NCBI GenBank assembly: GCA_002269645.1
Contig: NIVC01000003.1
Location: 1 to 64,000, forward strand
Source: Macrostomum lignano
Taxonomy: Eukaryota
Reading direction: 5' to 3'
Length of the DNA stretch: 64,000 bases
The translations under genes were made by a program, and so were the position numbers. Shown here piece after piece: positions 11,849 to 25,000 of the stretch (position 1 is its first letter; each line of letters begins with the position of its first letter). Below the pieces are notes generated by a model. The model saw only the letters and a list, made by a program, of their open reading frames with translations, searched no databases and was not told the DNA's origin.

Positions 11849-12622
11849 ATGGCCCGAGCTCTGCCGTCACTGCTACTGCTGCTGCTGGTCATCGGTGCAT
11901 CCGGAAAGGTGAGAACTGGCGAGCTGCGGGCTAGCTGGCCAACAGCCAACTCGGCCGCTGAGCAGTCGCTGAGCAGCCAACGTCTCGTTCACTGCTTGTC
12001 CTTGTGCGCCGCCAGAGGCTGGTGCGCCAGCGCCCGGTTCACGGGCTCCGAGTGCCACCTGCTGTTACCCGACGAGGTTGCGGCTCCGGCTGGTGGCCCG
12101 GTTATTGGCGATAAATTGACCCGCCAAGTTAATTTGTGTTGTTTATGATACAGACTGGAAGCTTGCGGACCTGCTGCAGTTGCGGATGGCAAGACTGAAA
12201 CTCAGCAGATCCAATCCGACCCGATTGCAGGCAGGGCGCCGCTGTCCATGTCCGTCTGCAGGCAGAGCACCATCTGGGGCGCCTCCAACCTGTGCGGCAA
12301 AGCCATGGACGGCGACGTCAGCCAGCTGTACCCGACGTGCTTCAGCACCGCCAGCGGCCCCAACCAGTGGTGGGAAGCCAAGGCACCCGACGAGGCCTTC
12401 ATCACCGAGGTGACGCTGTACAACCGGGCCGAGTGCTGCCAGTCCCGGTTGAACAACTTCGTCATCGAGGTGGATGGCGCCGCTTGCGTGGACTTCGTCA
12501 CGGCGAACGCCTTCTCCGTGCGAAACTTCAGCTGCAACAGGCGGGGCCGCAGGCTGCGGGTGACCAGTCGGCTGAACGATGCTCTGACCATCTGCGAGGT
12601 GACAGCCTACGGCTTCGTGTGA
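11849..12622 (+). CDS. Secreted PAN/apple-like + F-type lectin (fucolectin/FTP) domain protein
   Basis: Signal MARALPSLLLLLLVIGASG; PAN-like CLSLCAARGWCASARFTGSECHL; FTP motifs AMDG, CFST, QWWE, ITEVTLYNRAECCQSRL, LTICEVTAYG. The two ORFs share a frame but are split by TGA at 12146-12148, so a short intron is needed (exact junction unresolved). Confidence 0.8.
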
Positions 12623-13174
12623 GCTCGTGTGAACTCTGTCGCTCACAAAGATGGCCTCGACAGAAAGTTTGGCTTGGACTTTCCAGCTGCACAAAAGTTT
12701 GAAATTACAAGTACCAGCTGTCTATCTAGACAGTTTGACTAAATTAACTAAACAGCGTATCGAGCAGAAGTTTTGACGCCTGCTTGTCTGCCTGTATTTT
12801 GTGTCCATCGTAACAAAACAACTATAAAATGTTTGGTGCGACTGTCAAACCACTCAACAGAAGAGATTTGAGAGAAAATTTTTGGAGTTTTTTCTTTGCA
12901 AAATTTTACAAGCACACAGAAAGTCGACGGCACGAAGTGGAACAGAGCTGAGATCCAGAAAATCCGGCAGCCTACCAAGCGGAGTTCCGCCTCATCAATT
13001 TTTTAACGTTTTTTCAGACAATTGAAGCCGCAAGTCTGGAGAGAAACCTAACGAAAAATAGCCTGCCATCTCTGAGATTGACTGTTGTGGAAACCGGCTC
13101 GGCTGAGCAAATTTTTTATGAAAGTGCGTTACTATGCGCAGCTTTTTCTATTTGGGTTTCGTCAGACAGCTCAG

Positions 13175-13720
<546 letters not shown>

Positions 13721-14559
13721 ACAGAGAGAACCGCTCAAGAAGAAAATATAAACTGGCCGTTTATTTTTGCATCGTCCTACTTAAAGTAGACTATGAGCTT
13801 GTCAAGCTGAATTATGCCTTTGACTTACAAATCGTGTTAAATTCTGTCTACTCAGCTCACACGATTTGAATAACTTTCTCCATATTTTAGTAAATAAATC
13901 AGGGAGAGAGGGCATCAGTGGACCCGAGTCTGGCAGAGTGGGAGCAGCTCCTGCTAAGCCAGCGAGACCCGGCTGCATGAGCAGCTCGATACGTCAGCTC
14001 CTTGGCCCTTGAGCATAAATAAATGCATCCTGGATATTAGCAGGATGGCTTTATTTTGATGTACGGCTATGCAGATGCAAACGAGAGGGCAGCTCCGTGG
14101 ATCTCATACTCAAGTCGGGAGAGTAAATCTCTTCATCAGTTTGAGCTCATAAAATATAAAATACAGGCACAGCAAGGGGGAGTGGGGATGCAGCTGCTTG
14201 CTTCTAAAAAACCAGTTTGGCCTCTCAAGCGCTCAGCGCGTTATGCAGCTCAGATCAGCAATTATGCATCTTTATCCATTGTTTCCCTTGCCCCTGATGG
14301 GGGCCACTGCTCAGCATTGATGGCAAGGCGTTGTATGGTCTGTGAGGCATGCATGCAGGCAGCGCATCAGTGGCTAAATGAATGCGGCAACAGAATAGAA
14401 ATCCCAAATAGGGATCTGGGATGGCAGTGCTATTCCGTAAAATGTCTGCTTCCGTGTGCACTTGTTGCCGTTGTAGAGGAAGAAGTTTTCTTTGTTTATT
14501 AACCCTGCCACAATGGGCAGATGTGCAACCGACAGCTCAGCCGCAGCTATTGCGCGTCG

Positions 14560-14770
14560 CATTTGAAGGCTGCGTACGGCTGTTCAGTCCAAGGACTGGG
14601 GGGGGGGGTCGCCGCACACCTTTAATTACCCAGCTAATGCTGGCACCCATTTTACAGCTGGGTGAACTGAAGCAATGCAGAGTTAAGTGTCTTGCTCAAG
14701 GACGCAAATTGTTCCAAATGCGTCGAGAATCGAACCCCCAACCTTTCAGTCGTGATTCAGACGTATAAGA
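14560..14770 (-). mobile_element. tRNA-derived SINE-like element
   Basis: Reverse-strand B-box GGGTTCGATTC (14727-14737) followed by the widespread SINE body cccattttacagctgggtgaact...aagtgtcttgctcaaggac (recognised from memory, not searched). Confidence 0.65.
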
Positions 14771-14789
14771 AGTTGTATAAGAATGTGTT

Positions 14790-15212
14790 TCATTGTGATT
14801 TGTTTATTTGTACAAGTATGTGTTTCATAGTGATTGGTTTATTTGTACAAGTATGTGTTTCATATTGATTAGTTTATTTGTACAAGTATGTGTTTCATAG
14901 TGATTGGTTTATTTGTATAAGTATGTGTTTCATATTGATTAGTTTATTTGTACAAGTATGTGTTTCATAGTGATTGGTTTATTTGTACAAGTATGTGTTT
15001 CATAGTGATTGGTTTATTTGTATAAGTATGTGTTTCATAGTGATTGGTTTATTTGTATAAGTATGTGTTTCATAGTGATTGGTTTATTTGTATAAATATG
15101 TGTTTCATAGTGATTGGTTTATTTGTACAAGTATGTGTTTCATAGTGATTGGTTTATTTGTATAAATATGTGTTTCATAGTGATTGGTTTATTTGTACAA
15201 GTATGTGTTTCA
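14790..15212. repeat. ~35-bp AT-rich minisatellite (tttatttgtacaagtatgtgtttcatagtgattgg)n
   Basis: Directly visible. Confidence 0.95.
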
Positions 15213-16034
15213 TGGCCAGAATCACGAAATTTCAGACGAATTTTTGCCCCGCTTCATGGCGGTGTGAACGCGCCTTGAGTTCTGAATGAGTTTGCAGAGG
15301 CGGTGTGGATGCTGCGGGCCATATTCAGAAAGCTCTGTCTAGGGTAGTCCGGTCTTGAAAAGCTAGTCTAGACTTGGATTTGGTATGCAGAAACACAAAG
15401 TTAGACCGGTCTACTATAGCAGAACTAGGCTAGCTAGACCAGACTATAGACTGAACTACCCAAGTCCGGACTAGCTAGTCTGGACTAGGCTTTCTGCATA
15501 CGGCAGGTCAGCAGGTCAATGAGCAGGTCACGGCAGACACTCTCAGAGGTGCACACACACCTACCTGAACTGCCTCTGCCTTGGTGGTTGGCCCCAATTA
15601 GCATGAACCGGCACCGTTCCCGGGTAGCCCCCCGGCCTGACGAGGTGCACTTTGGTTTCTTAGCAAATCCGATATAATTCTATAAAATTAGACGAGAATT
15701 CGGACCGTTTGCACTGCTGATAGGTTGAACAAAGCAAACAAAGTACACATCGATCTTTCTTTCAGAAAGAAGAAAAACTGTTGTTTCTATTGATTGGTCC
15801 ACGCAATTAATAGTGAGGAATGACTCAACTTCAGACGATACGCAGATATGTAACCATGGATTCACAACAGCAAGCAAAATTGTAGTTTTTTTCAGTGAGT
15901 TCAGCCTTAACTATTTTGGTGCAGATTGTTCAAAGCTTTCTTTGATAGGTGATTTAAAATCTCCAGATTATCCGTGCAGAGTTCTCAGAAACTATGAAGT
16001 GTTCCGAATGGCTGCGAGAACTACTTTGGTTCCC

Positions 16035-19000
16035 TCAGTCGAAAGCGCCAGCCAGCTGCACCTGGCTGCCGATGCTGCCGAAGCAAGACGGCGGAGCTGT
16101 TTCGGCTTCCGTTTCCTCCGCGGCGTGCTGGCTCGGCGGCTCCAACAACGTCAGGCATCGCCTGCTGCCGTTGGCGTCGATCGCGCGGCTGCTACCAACG
16201 CCACCGGCGCCGCCATCGCCGCCCCGAGATTGGCGGCGGCCGTTTCTCGTCATGGGCTCGAGGCGGAGAACCACCCGATTGTAGCGCGGACCGCTGCGCG
16301 ACTGCGGGTCACCTCGGTCGCCGTTCGGCCCCTGCGACCCGCGGCAGCATTGGCTGCGGGAGGAATGGCAGGTGGGGCTGCAGAACCCGGGGATGGGGTG
16401 GGGTTGCAGAGCCGATGATGGGGTGGGGCTGCAGAACTCGGGGATGGGGTGGGGTTGCAGAGCCGATGATGGGGTGGGGCTGCAGAACCCGGGGATGGGG
16501 TGGGGTTGCAGAACCCGGGGATGGGGTGGGGTTGCAGAGCCGATGATGGGGTGGGGCTGCAGAACCCGGGGATGGGGTGGGGCTGCAGAACTCGGGATGG
16601 GGTGGGGTTGCAGAGCCGATGATGGGGTGGGGTTGCAGAACCCGGGGATGGGGTGGGGCTGCAGAACCCGGGGATGGGGTGGGGCTGCAGAACCCGGGGA
16701 TGGGGTGGGGCTGCAGAACTCGGGGATGGGTGGGGTTGCAGAGCCGATGATGGGGTGGGGCTGTAGAACCCGGGGAGGGGGGTGGGGTTGCATAAAAGGT
16801 CGGGCAGCAGTATCAGAAACGGTAGGTCTCACTAATCCGGACACTTACTTGTAGTTGAAAATAAAGAAAATTATCGGATTTGCCGCAGAATTGAGCGTTC
16901 CAAGAGTCTGAAGATGGATATTGTTTAACAACAGGCTTAACTACAAAGTAACTGAAAATTATTGAAAATGACTTTTTATGAATAGTTTTTAAGTTACCTG
17001 TATGAAGGCCCGGACATTGTTTGACCATGACGCTGCTTTGTAAACGTCAAGGAAGTTACCGATTGTGTACGGCAGCCAGCACAGAATGAACACTGGGTTG
17101 GGCGGAGTTGGGAATGAGTTAATGCTGTGATTGTGTAGGTCAACAATGTTAAATTTGAATGCCGATATGTATAGTAAACAAGTTTATGAAGCGACAGAGA
17201 GACAGACTGAAAATTCTGAGCAAACTGAGCATCTGCTAGTTTCATAAATTGAAGTCAGCTTATACCTGACCGAGAGGATGGCTCTGTTTGCAATATATGC
17301 CTCGCATTCAAAGCTGGGAGTGCTTTGAGTAGCTTGGCAACTCCAGGCAGTCAGCAGACTGTCTGCGCGATCGAATATCTCTCGAGCCCGCTCCCTTTCC
17401 TGCCCCCCCCCCTGCCCATCCCGCTGCATGTTTGCGAGCTGTCATCCAGGCAGAGGACAAGAGCGGGCAATATTGGCTGTGAGCATCCCTCAATTCCGCT
17501 GTAGCAACAGAGCGCGTGCTGGTCGAGTGCTCAGCGAGTTTCTGTCCTCGGTGCATCAATCTTGCTGCTCCTGCTGTGCCAGTTGATCTTCGCTCTAGAT
17601 TGAAGTAACTGATTCTTGCTAGCTACAGAAAAATTATACCTTACGATCGAGTCACGCATCTTCTCTCAATAATTTGCTATTGCCTCTCCTAGAATAAGCA
17701 AACACTCCACTTTTGATTGCGAGCCCATTGTCCCTGGCTGGCGCGTAGACTTTGCCCTAACCCTGTTGCCTTCCCGTCCCTAGAAAGTCACCACCACAGC
17801 TTTTTATTATGCAGATGTACAGCCTCTCAGTTGTTCTGGAACTTCATCTACTCGAACCCCGAACCACCCAAATCTGTAAATTTTCTACATTTTGCATACT
17901 AAAAAAGACTTATTTGGTTATTTGAACTCCGCTCCCATCTCACCTGAAACAATGGTGCACGTGACTTTAACAGTTTTGATCTTGGCTCGAGTCACCGTGC
18001 TGGAAGCGGCGTGCTGCTGCGACTTGTGCTGATGCTGCTGGTGCTGCTGGCGTTGCTGCTGCTGGCTCTGCTGCTTCCGCTTGTTGCGGTGGCTGCTGGA
18101 CAACGGCAGGTTGGAGCCGCGGCTCGACCGGCAGATTATTACAATTAAAATGATGTGGCAGATGGCCACAATAATCACGGGAATGACAAATATCGTGACC
18201 ATGTTGGCCGTGACGTACACCTGGCAGGTTTTTGGAGTGTGCGGCAGGATAAGATTCTCTCAATTTGAGCTGTTGTCTGAGCCCCTTGCATGCTGACTGC
18301 AGTCTAAACCGATGCCTGAGGATCAGCCCCTTGCATGCTGACTGCAATCTAAACCGATGCCTGAGGATCAGCCCCTTGCATGCTGACTGCAGTCTAAACC
18401 GATGCCTGAGGATCAGCCCCTTGCATGCTGACTGCAGTCTAAACCGATGCCTGAGGATCAGCCCCTTGCATGCTGACTGCAATCTAAACCGATGCCTGAG
18501 GATCAGCCCCTTGCATGCTGACTGCAGTCTAAACCGATGCCTGAGGATCAGCCCCTTGCATGCTGACTGCAATCTAAACCGATGCCTGAGGATCAGCCCC
18601 TTGCATGCTGACTGCAGTCTAAACCGATGCCTGAGGATCAGCCCCTTGCATGCTGACTGCAGTCTAAACCGATGCCTGAGGATCAGCCCCTTGCATGCTG
18701 ACTGCAGTCTAAACCGATGCCTGAGGATCAGCCCCTTGCATGCTGACTGCAATCTAAACCGATGCCTGAGGATCAGCCCCTTGCATGCTGACTGCAGTCT
18801 AAACCGATGCCTGAGGATCAGCCCCTTGCATGCTGACTGCAGTCTAAACCGATGCCTGAGGATCAGCCCCTTGCATGCTGACTGCAGTCTAAACCGATGC
18901 CTGAGGATCAGCCCCTTGCTTTCTGACTGCAGTCTAAACCGATGCCTGAGGATCAGCCCCTTGCATTCTGACTGCAGTCTAAACCGATGCCTGAGGATCA

Positions 19001-22000
19001 GCCCCTTGCATTCTGACTGCAGTCTAAACCGATGCCTGAGGATCAGCCCCTTGCATGCTGACTGCAGTCTAAACCGATGCCTGAGGATCAGCCCCTTGCA
19101 TTCTGACTGCAGTCTAAACCGATGCCTGAGGATCAGCCCCTTGCATTCTGACTGCAATCTAAACCGATGCCTGAGGATCAGCCCCTTGCATTCTGACTGC
19201 AGTCTAAACCGATGCCTGAGGATCAGCCCCTTGCATGCTGACTGCAGTCTAAACCGATGCCTGAGGATCAGCCCCTTGCATTCTGACTGCAGTCTAAACC
19301 GATGCCTGAGGATCAGCCCCTTGCATGCTGACTGCAGTCTAAACCGATGCCTGAGGATCAGCCCCTTGCATGCTGACTGCAGTCTAAACCGATGCCTGAG
19401 GATCAGCCCCTTGCATGCTGACTGCAGTCTAAACCGATGCCTGAGGATCAGTCTAAACCGATGCCTGAGATTGCCTGAGGCCCAGCACATCCAGAGACGA
19501 AGCACCTCACCTGCCAGAAGACTTCCCTCTCCTGCCGAGTGACGTTCTGGCCCAGGCCGTAGATGATCATGCACTGCCGGCCGAAAATGCGGTGCTGCTC
19601 AACATGAGTCCAGAACAGAATCGGCCAGCTGTAGAGGCCGCTCAGCAGCCAGGAGCCGGCGATGAGGCAGCCGGTTTGAAAGCCTGAAATTTGCAGCCGT
19701 TTAGTCATCGCGTCATTATCGTCATTATCAATCTGATCGTAGATAAACAGGTGTAACAGGTGTAACAGGTGTAAGAGTTTCTATTCTAGACTCCTGACTT
19801 AATTATCTTGCCATGCGCTGCTGTTGAGCCGGTTCGGCCCCTCAGCCACCTTGCCCTGCTTTTTTAGTCTTCCATCAGCACACTTTACACACTTTAAATT
19901 TGTTATAGAATTTCCTCACCTCTCTTGGATGTTGACGCTCTCAGCGGATTCGAGATGGCGTCCACTCGATCGATGCTCAAAGCTACCAGCGCGTGAGCGG
20001 CTGCGTAGGCAACCAGGTGCTGACCGGGATGAAGGCGGGAGGGCTTTTAGGCTTTTAGCACTGTGCACTACTCGCACAATTCCACCATACAAAAGGCCAC
20101 CAGACACAATGTCACTAGAGACAATGCCACCTGACACAATGTCACTAGAGACAATGCCACCTGACACAATGTCACTAGAGACAATGCCACCAGACACAAT
20201 GTCACTAGAGACAATGCCACCAGACACAATGTCACTAGACACAATGCCACCTGACACAATGTCACTAGACACAATGCCACCTGACACAATGTCACCAGAC
20301 ACAATGTCACCAGACAGAATGCCACCAGACACTGCCACCAGACACAATGCCACCAGACACAATGCCACCAGACACAATGCCACCAGATAGAATGTCACCA
20401 GATACAATGCCACCAGACACAATGCCACCAGACACAATGTCACCAGACACAATGCCACCAGATAGAATGTCACCAGATACAATGCCACCAGACACAATGT
20501 CACCAGACACAATGCTACCAGATAGAATGCCACCAGACACAATGCCACCAGACACAATGCTACCAGATAGAATGCCACCAGACACAATGCCACCAGACAC
20601 AATGCCACCAGACACAATTTCACTAGACACAATGCCACCAGACACAATTTCACTAGACACAATGCCACCAGACACAGTGTCAACCAGGTTCTCCCCATAA
20701 CTCAATGGTGCATATCTCGAGCACTTTGCCGCCTCCCCTGACCCAATAGTTTCTGTAAGTATCAAAGCATACCTGAACAAAGAACTTCGCCTTGCAGAGA
20801 AACTCAGGCCCGTAAAACTGCATGAGAAGCCGCTCCGCAATCTGCGGCAGCACCAGCACCAGGCCAACCAGGAGGTCTGTGGGTTGTTGGGCTGAATCAG
20901 TTAAGTTTTTTTCACTCGTGGCAAAAGTGCAGGACAGAAAAGAACAAACTTCTTGTGGGTTAGATGCGTTGGAAGGCTGCAGAACTTGCTCCCAACACAA
21001 TATTCTCCCACAGAAACTGCCGGTTCTGCTTTCAAGCCGCCTAATCAAATATTCCGGATCTGATTTGGAGGCGCCGTTGGATGCGCCGTGAATCGCAAAT
21101 TGAATTTCGACAAGTTGTCGGTGAGCCGAACTGGGAGGGTGGAAGAGCGTTCTGCGCGCGCCCTTATTGGCGAAGGTGCGCCCTGCAGGCCCAGCATCTC
21201 AGCTGGTGGGAGAGCTCGCATCCTTGACACTTCCTGTCGCTTGTTTCAGGCTATTAACTGCCCTGCTGGCCTTCACAAAAGTAGTCATCGATGCGTTAAA
21301 CAATCCAGCCACGAGCGCTCACTAATCCGATGAAGGATCAGCTTCCTAACCCATTATAGCCGCCCGGGCAGCCGCGTATCTTTGGACTTTTTTATTACCT
21401 GATATTTTCCTGCATTAAAACTGTTGGCAATATTCCGCGATTTCATCAACGTGTTCCAGAAATGCCTCATCAGCAGGCTGGGCTCCCCTCTCTCCCCTAT
21501 AGTCCTCGAGGGCAAAAACACATCATGCATAGGTGAGAGAGATTGAGACTGAAAAACCTTGGAAAATGGGATTATGCTTTGAGATTGGGTTCCTAATCGG
21601 GATTATCAGTCAGGGGAATGAAAAGCATTACCACCCAAAAGAGAAAATATTTTTCACCCACAAGGATCCTTTGTCGGCATTCGTGGCGCCTCATTCTTTT
21701 TTGAGTTACAAAGAGCCGCGAGAATAGCTTCCGTGATCCGCTCTCTAATTAAGGAATCTGCCTCTGATCTGCATCAAATGCACTTTTACTAAGAACAATG
21801 TAAATTGTCTTCGTTTGAGCCCATGCCTAGACTGAGCTTATTGATCCATCTCAATCTCAATCTCAATCTCAATCCTAATCTCAATCTCAATCTCAATCTC
21901 AATCTTAATCTCAATCTCAATCTCAATCTAAATCTCAATTTCAATCTCAATCTCAATCTCAATCTCAATCTCAATCTCAATCTCAATCTCAATCTCAATC

Positions 22001-25000
22001 TCAATCTCATTCTAAATCTCAATCTCAATCTCAATCTTAATCTCAATTTTAATCCTAATCTCAATCTAAATCTCAATCTCAATCTAAATCTCAATCTCAA
22101 TCTCAATTTTAATCCTAATCTCAATCCTAATCTCAATCTAAATCTCAATCTCAATCTCAATCTCAATCTCAATCTCAATCTCAATCTCAATCTCAATTTT
22201 AATCCTAATCTCAATCCTAATCTCAATCTAAATCTCAATCTCAATCTCAATCTCAATCTCAATTTTAATCATAATCTCAATCCTAATCTCAATCTAAATC
22301 TCAATCTCAATCTCAATCTCAATCTCAATCTCAATCTCAATCTCAATCTCAATCTCAATTTTAATCCTAATCTCAATCCTAATCTCAATCTCAATCTCAA
22401 TCTCAATCTCAATCTCAATCTCAATCTCAATTTTAATCATAATCTCAATCCTAATCTCAATCTAAATCTCAATCTCAATCTCAATCTCAATCTCAATATC
22501 AATCTCAATCTCAATCTCAATTTTAATCCTAATCTCAATCCTAATCTCAATCTAAATCTCAATCTCAATCTCAATCTCAATCTCAATATCAATCTCAATC
22601 TCAATCTCAATTTTAATCCTAATCTCAATCCTAATCTCAATCTAAATCTCAATCTCAATCTCAATCTCAATCTCAATCCCAAATCAATCTAAATCTCAAT
22701 CTCAATCTCAATCTCAATCCCAAATCAATCTAAATCTTCATCTCAATGTCAATCTCAATCTCAATTTTAATCCTAATCTCAATCTCAATCTCAATCTCAA
22801 TCTCAATCTCAATCTCAATCCTAATTTCAATATCAATATCAATCTCATTCTCAATCTCAGTCTTACCCTCATCCTCATCTTTAGTCACAATATCGCAGTC
22901 TCTCACCTGCCACGCCTAGGTTGGTGATGAAGCAGGTCATGCGGCACTTCTGTCGCCTGGCCACGCTTGCCAGTAGCGCCGTGTTGCCAATGAGAATGAG
23001 CGCCAGGTTCACGGACAGTGACAGGAAGTAGCCCAGCTGGTTCAGCTGTCAGTTCGGTGGGGGAGTTGGGGGGGGGGCTTCGAGTTCGCAATGTATGACA
23101 TAGATAATATAAATAACAAATAAGCATTGAGCATATCAGGCGAGAGATGAAAAAGAAGAAAACCGATCATAAGAAAAAGCTTGACGTCAAGGAGTTTCAT
23201 GCAGATTCGAGAGAGGCGGCCCGGTTTCCTGCAGCGGGCAAGGCAATCAACTGCCCGTCCTCCGATCTGTCGCTTCTGTAAGCCCGCCGGCTTGGCCGTC
23301 TGAGCCAGCCTCAGCTTTGATTGGCATCCGGGATGGAGAAAGGGCTCGGGCGAGAAGTGCAAAGCTCCGGCTTTGAATTGTCTTCTGCCGGAAAAAATCT
23401 GTCTGCAGTCCGCAGATGAACAAAATCTCCGTGTATTTTTAAACGCACTGCCTGTTGCAGACAAACCAGTGGAAGGTTGCTGCTGCAAGGGCTCGACTGG
23501 TCAGGCCGGGTGTTATTCATCATGGTCCATGCCGGCTACATTATTCAGGTTGGCAGGGACTCCGGGTGACTGGACTGGGGAGGGGGCGGGAGCTGAGGGC
23601 AGGCGGGACTCAGGCGGAGCAGTATAGTTAATTTTTCGATTATTTCAACCGGTTTCTCCCAATCTCATAAGCCGGCAGCTCCACCTCGGAGTTCGGATCC
23701 CAGCGGTATGGCATGAAACAGCTGAGCTTGCGCTGCGCAGCCTGTGGGGGAGACGGAATCTGGGGACTTGCAGGAACTGGGAGAAGGAATTAACCTCCGC
23801 AATATTAAGTAATGAAAGTTGAACTTGCGAAAATACAATGAAAAATAAGCGCTTCTGAGCAGGGATGCTGGGGGAGCAGGAAGGGAGACAGAGAAGGGGA
23901 GAAAGAGAGCGGTGGGGAGGCTGCAGTGGAGATACGCAAGTGCGGTGCCTTTCCTGGTCTGCTGGAATCTGACAGAGAGTTCTAATAAGACCGCGTCGGA
24001 ACGGGAAAGGAGGCAGGAAGCTGTGAAAGATGATGGAGCCTACAGGCTACAGTCTACAGGCTGGCAGCCGCATCAGATGGACAGTTTTGAGCAGCTGCTC
24101 ATTATTTGAGCCGGTGCGGATAGCGAGTGGCCCGCATCAAGCTGTCTGAATTGGAAATTGCTACTTTTATCCTGGGTCAGGCTAAATTGCTGTGGATGCA
24201 GGACAGAGCGAAATGAAAGCAAGAGAAGATGAGATGGAGTTTTGGCAGCTTGAGCTGGTCTGGTTTTTCAATAAAAATGCACTCCGCAATATTCACTGCC
24301 GCATGCAGGATGGAGGTGAAAAAAGCTGAAAACCAAGCTGAGGAGGCCAAGATGAGCACTTTCGATATTGCCTCTCCACTCAGACTTCAGTCTCATCTCA
24401 TGCAACTCACCACCTGCAGGCTGCTCAGCTGTGATAAGCTGCGAGTAACTGTGCTCAACTGTGATCTTCACAATCACAGATGCTTAGACTTCACTGGTTC
24501 ATATCACTCGCTCCGTCCCACTCGCTTGCAGCGCAAACAACGACACACTGACACCGTCACTGTCCCACTCTCTTTGACACAACCCACACTGACACACTGT
24601 CACTGTCCCACTCTCTTTGACACAACCCACACTGACACCGTCACTGTCCCACTCTCTTTGACACAACCCACACTGACACCGTCACTGTCCCACTCTCTTT
24701 GACACAACCCACACTGACACCGTCACTGTCCCACTCTCTTTGACACAACCCACACTGACACCGTCACTGTCCCACTCTCTTTGACACAACCCACACTGAC
24801 ACACTGTCACTGTCCCACTCTCTTTGACACAACCCACACTGACACCGTCACTGTCCCACTCTGTTTGACACAACCCACACTGACACTCAGTCACTGTCCC
24901 ACTCTCTTTGAAACAACCCACACTGACACACTGTCACTGTCCCACTCTCTTTGACACAACCCACACTGACACTCAGTCACTGTCCCATTCACTTGCAGAT

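Noticed and set aside
15383-15501. 11-bp inverted repeat GTATGCAGAAA/TTTCTGCATAC around a CTAG-rich segment
   Set aside because: Short, no TSD seen; may be a MITE remnant but is unsupported
17967-19574. 535-aa and 425-aa ORFs with 15-aa periodicity
   Set aside because: Product of a 45-bp intronic minisatellite with no stops in those frames; lies between phase-matched GPCR exons
21789-22692. Leu-Asn and Leu-Arg dipeptide ORFs
   Set aside because: (AATCTC)n microsatellite
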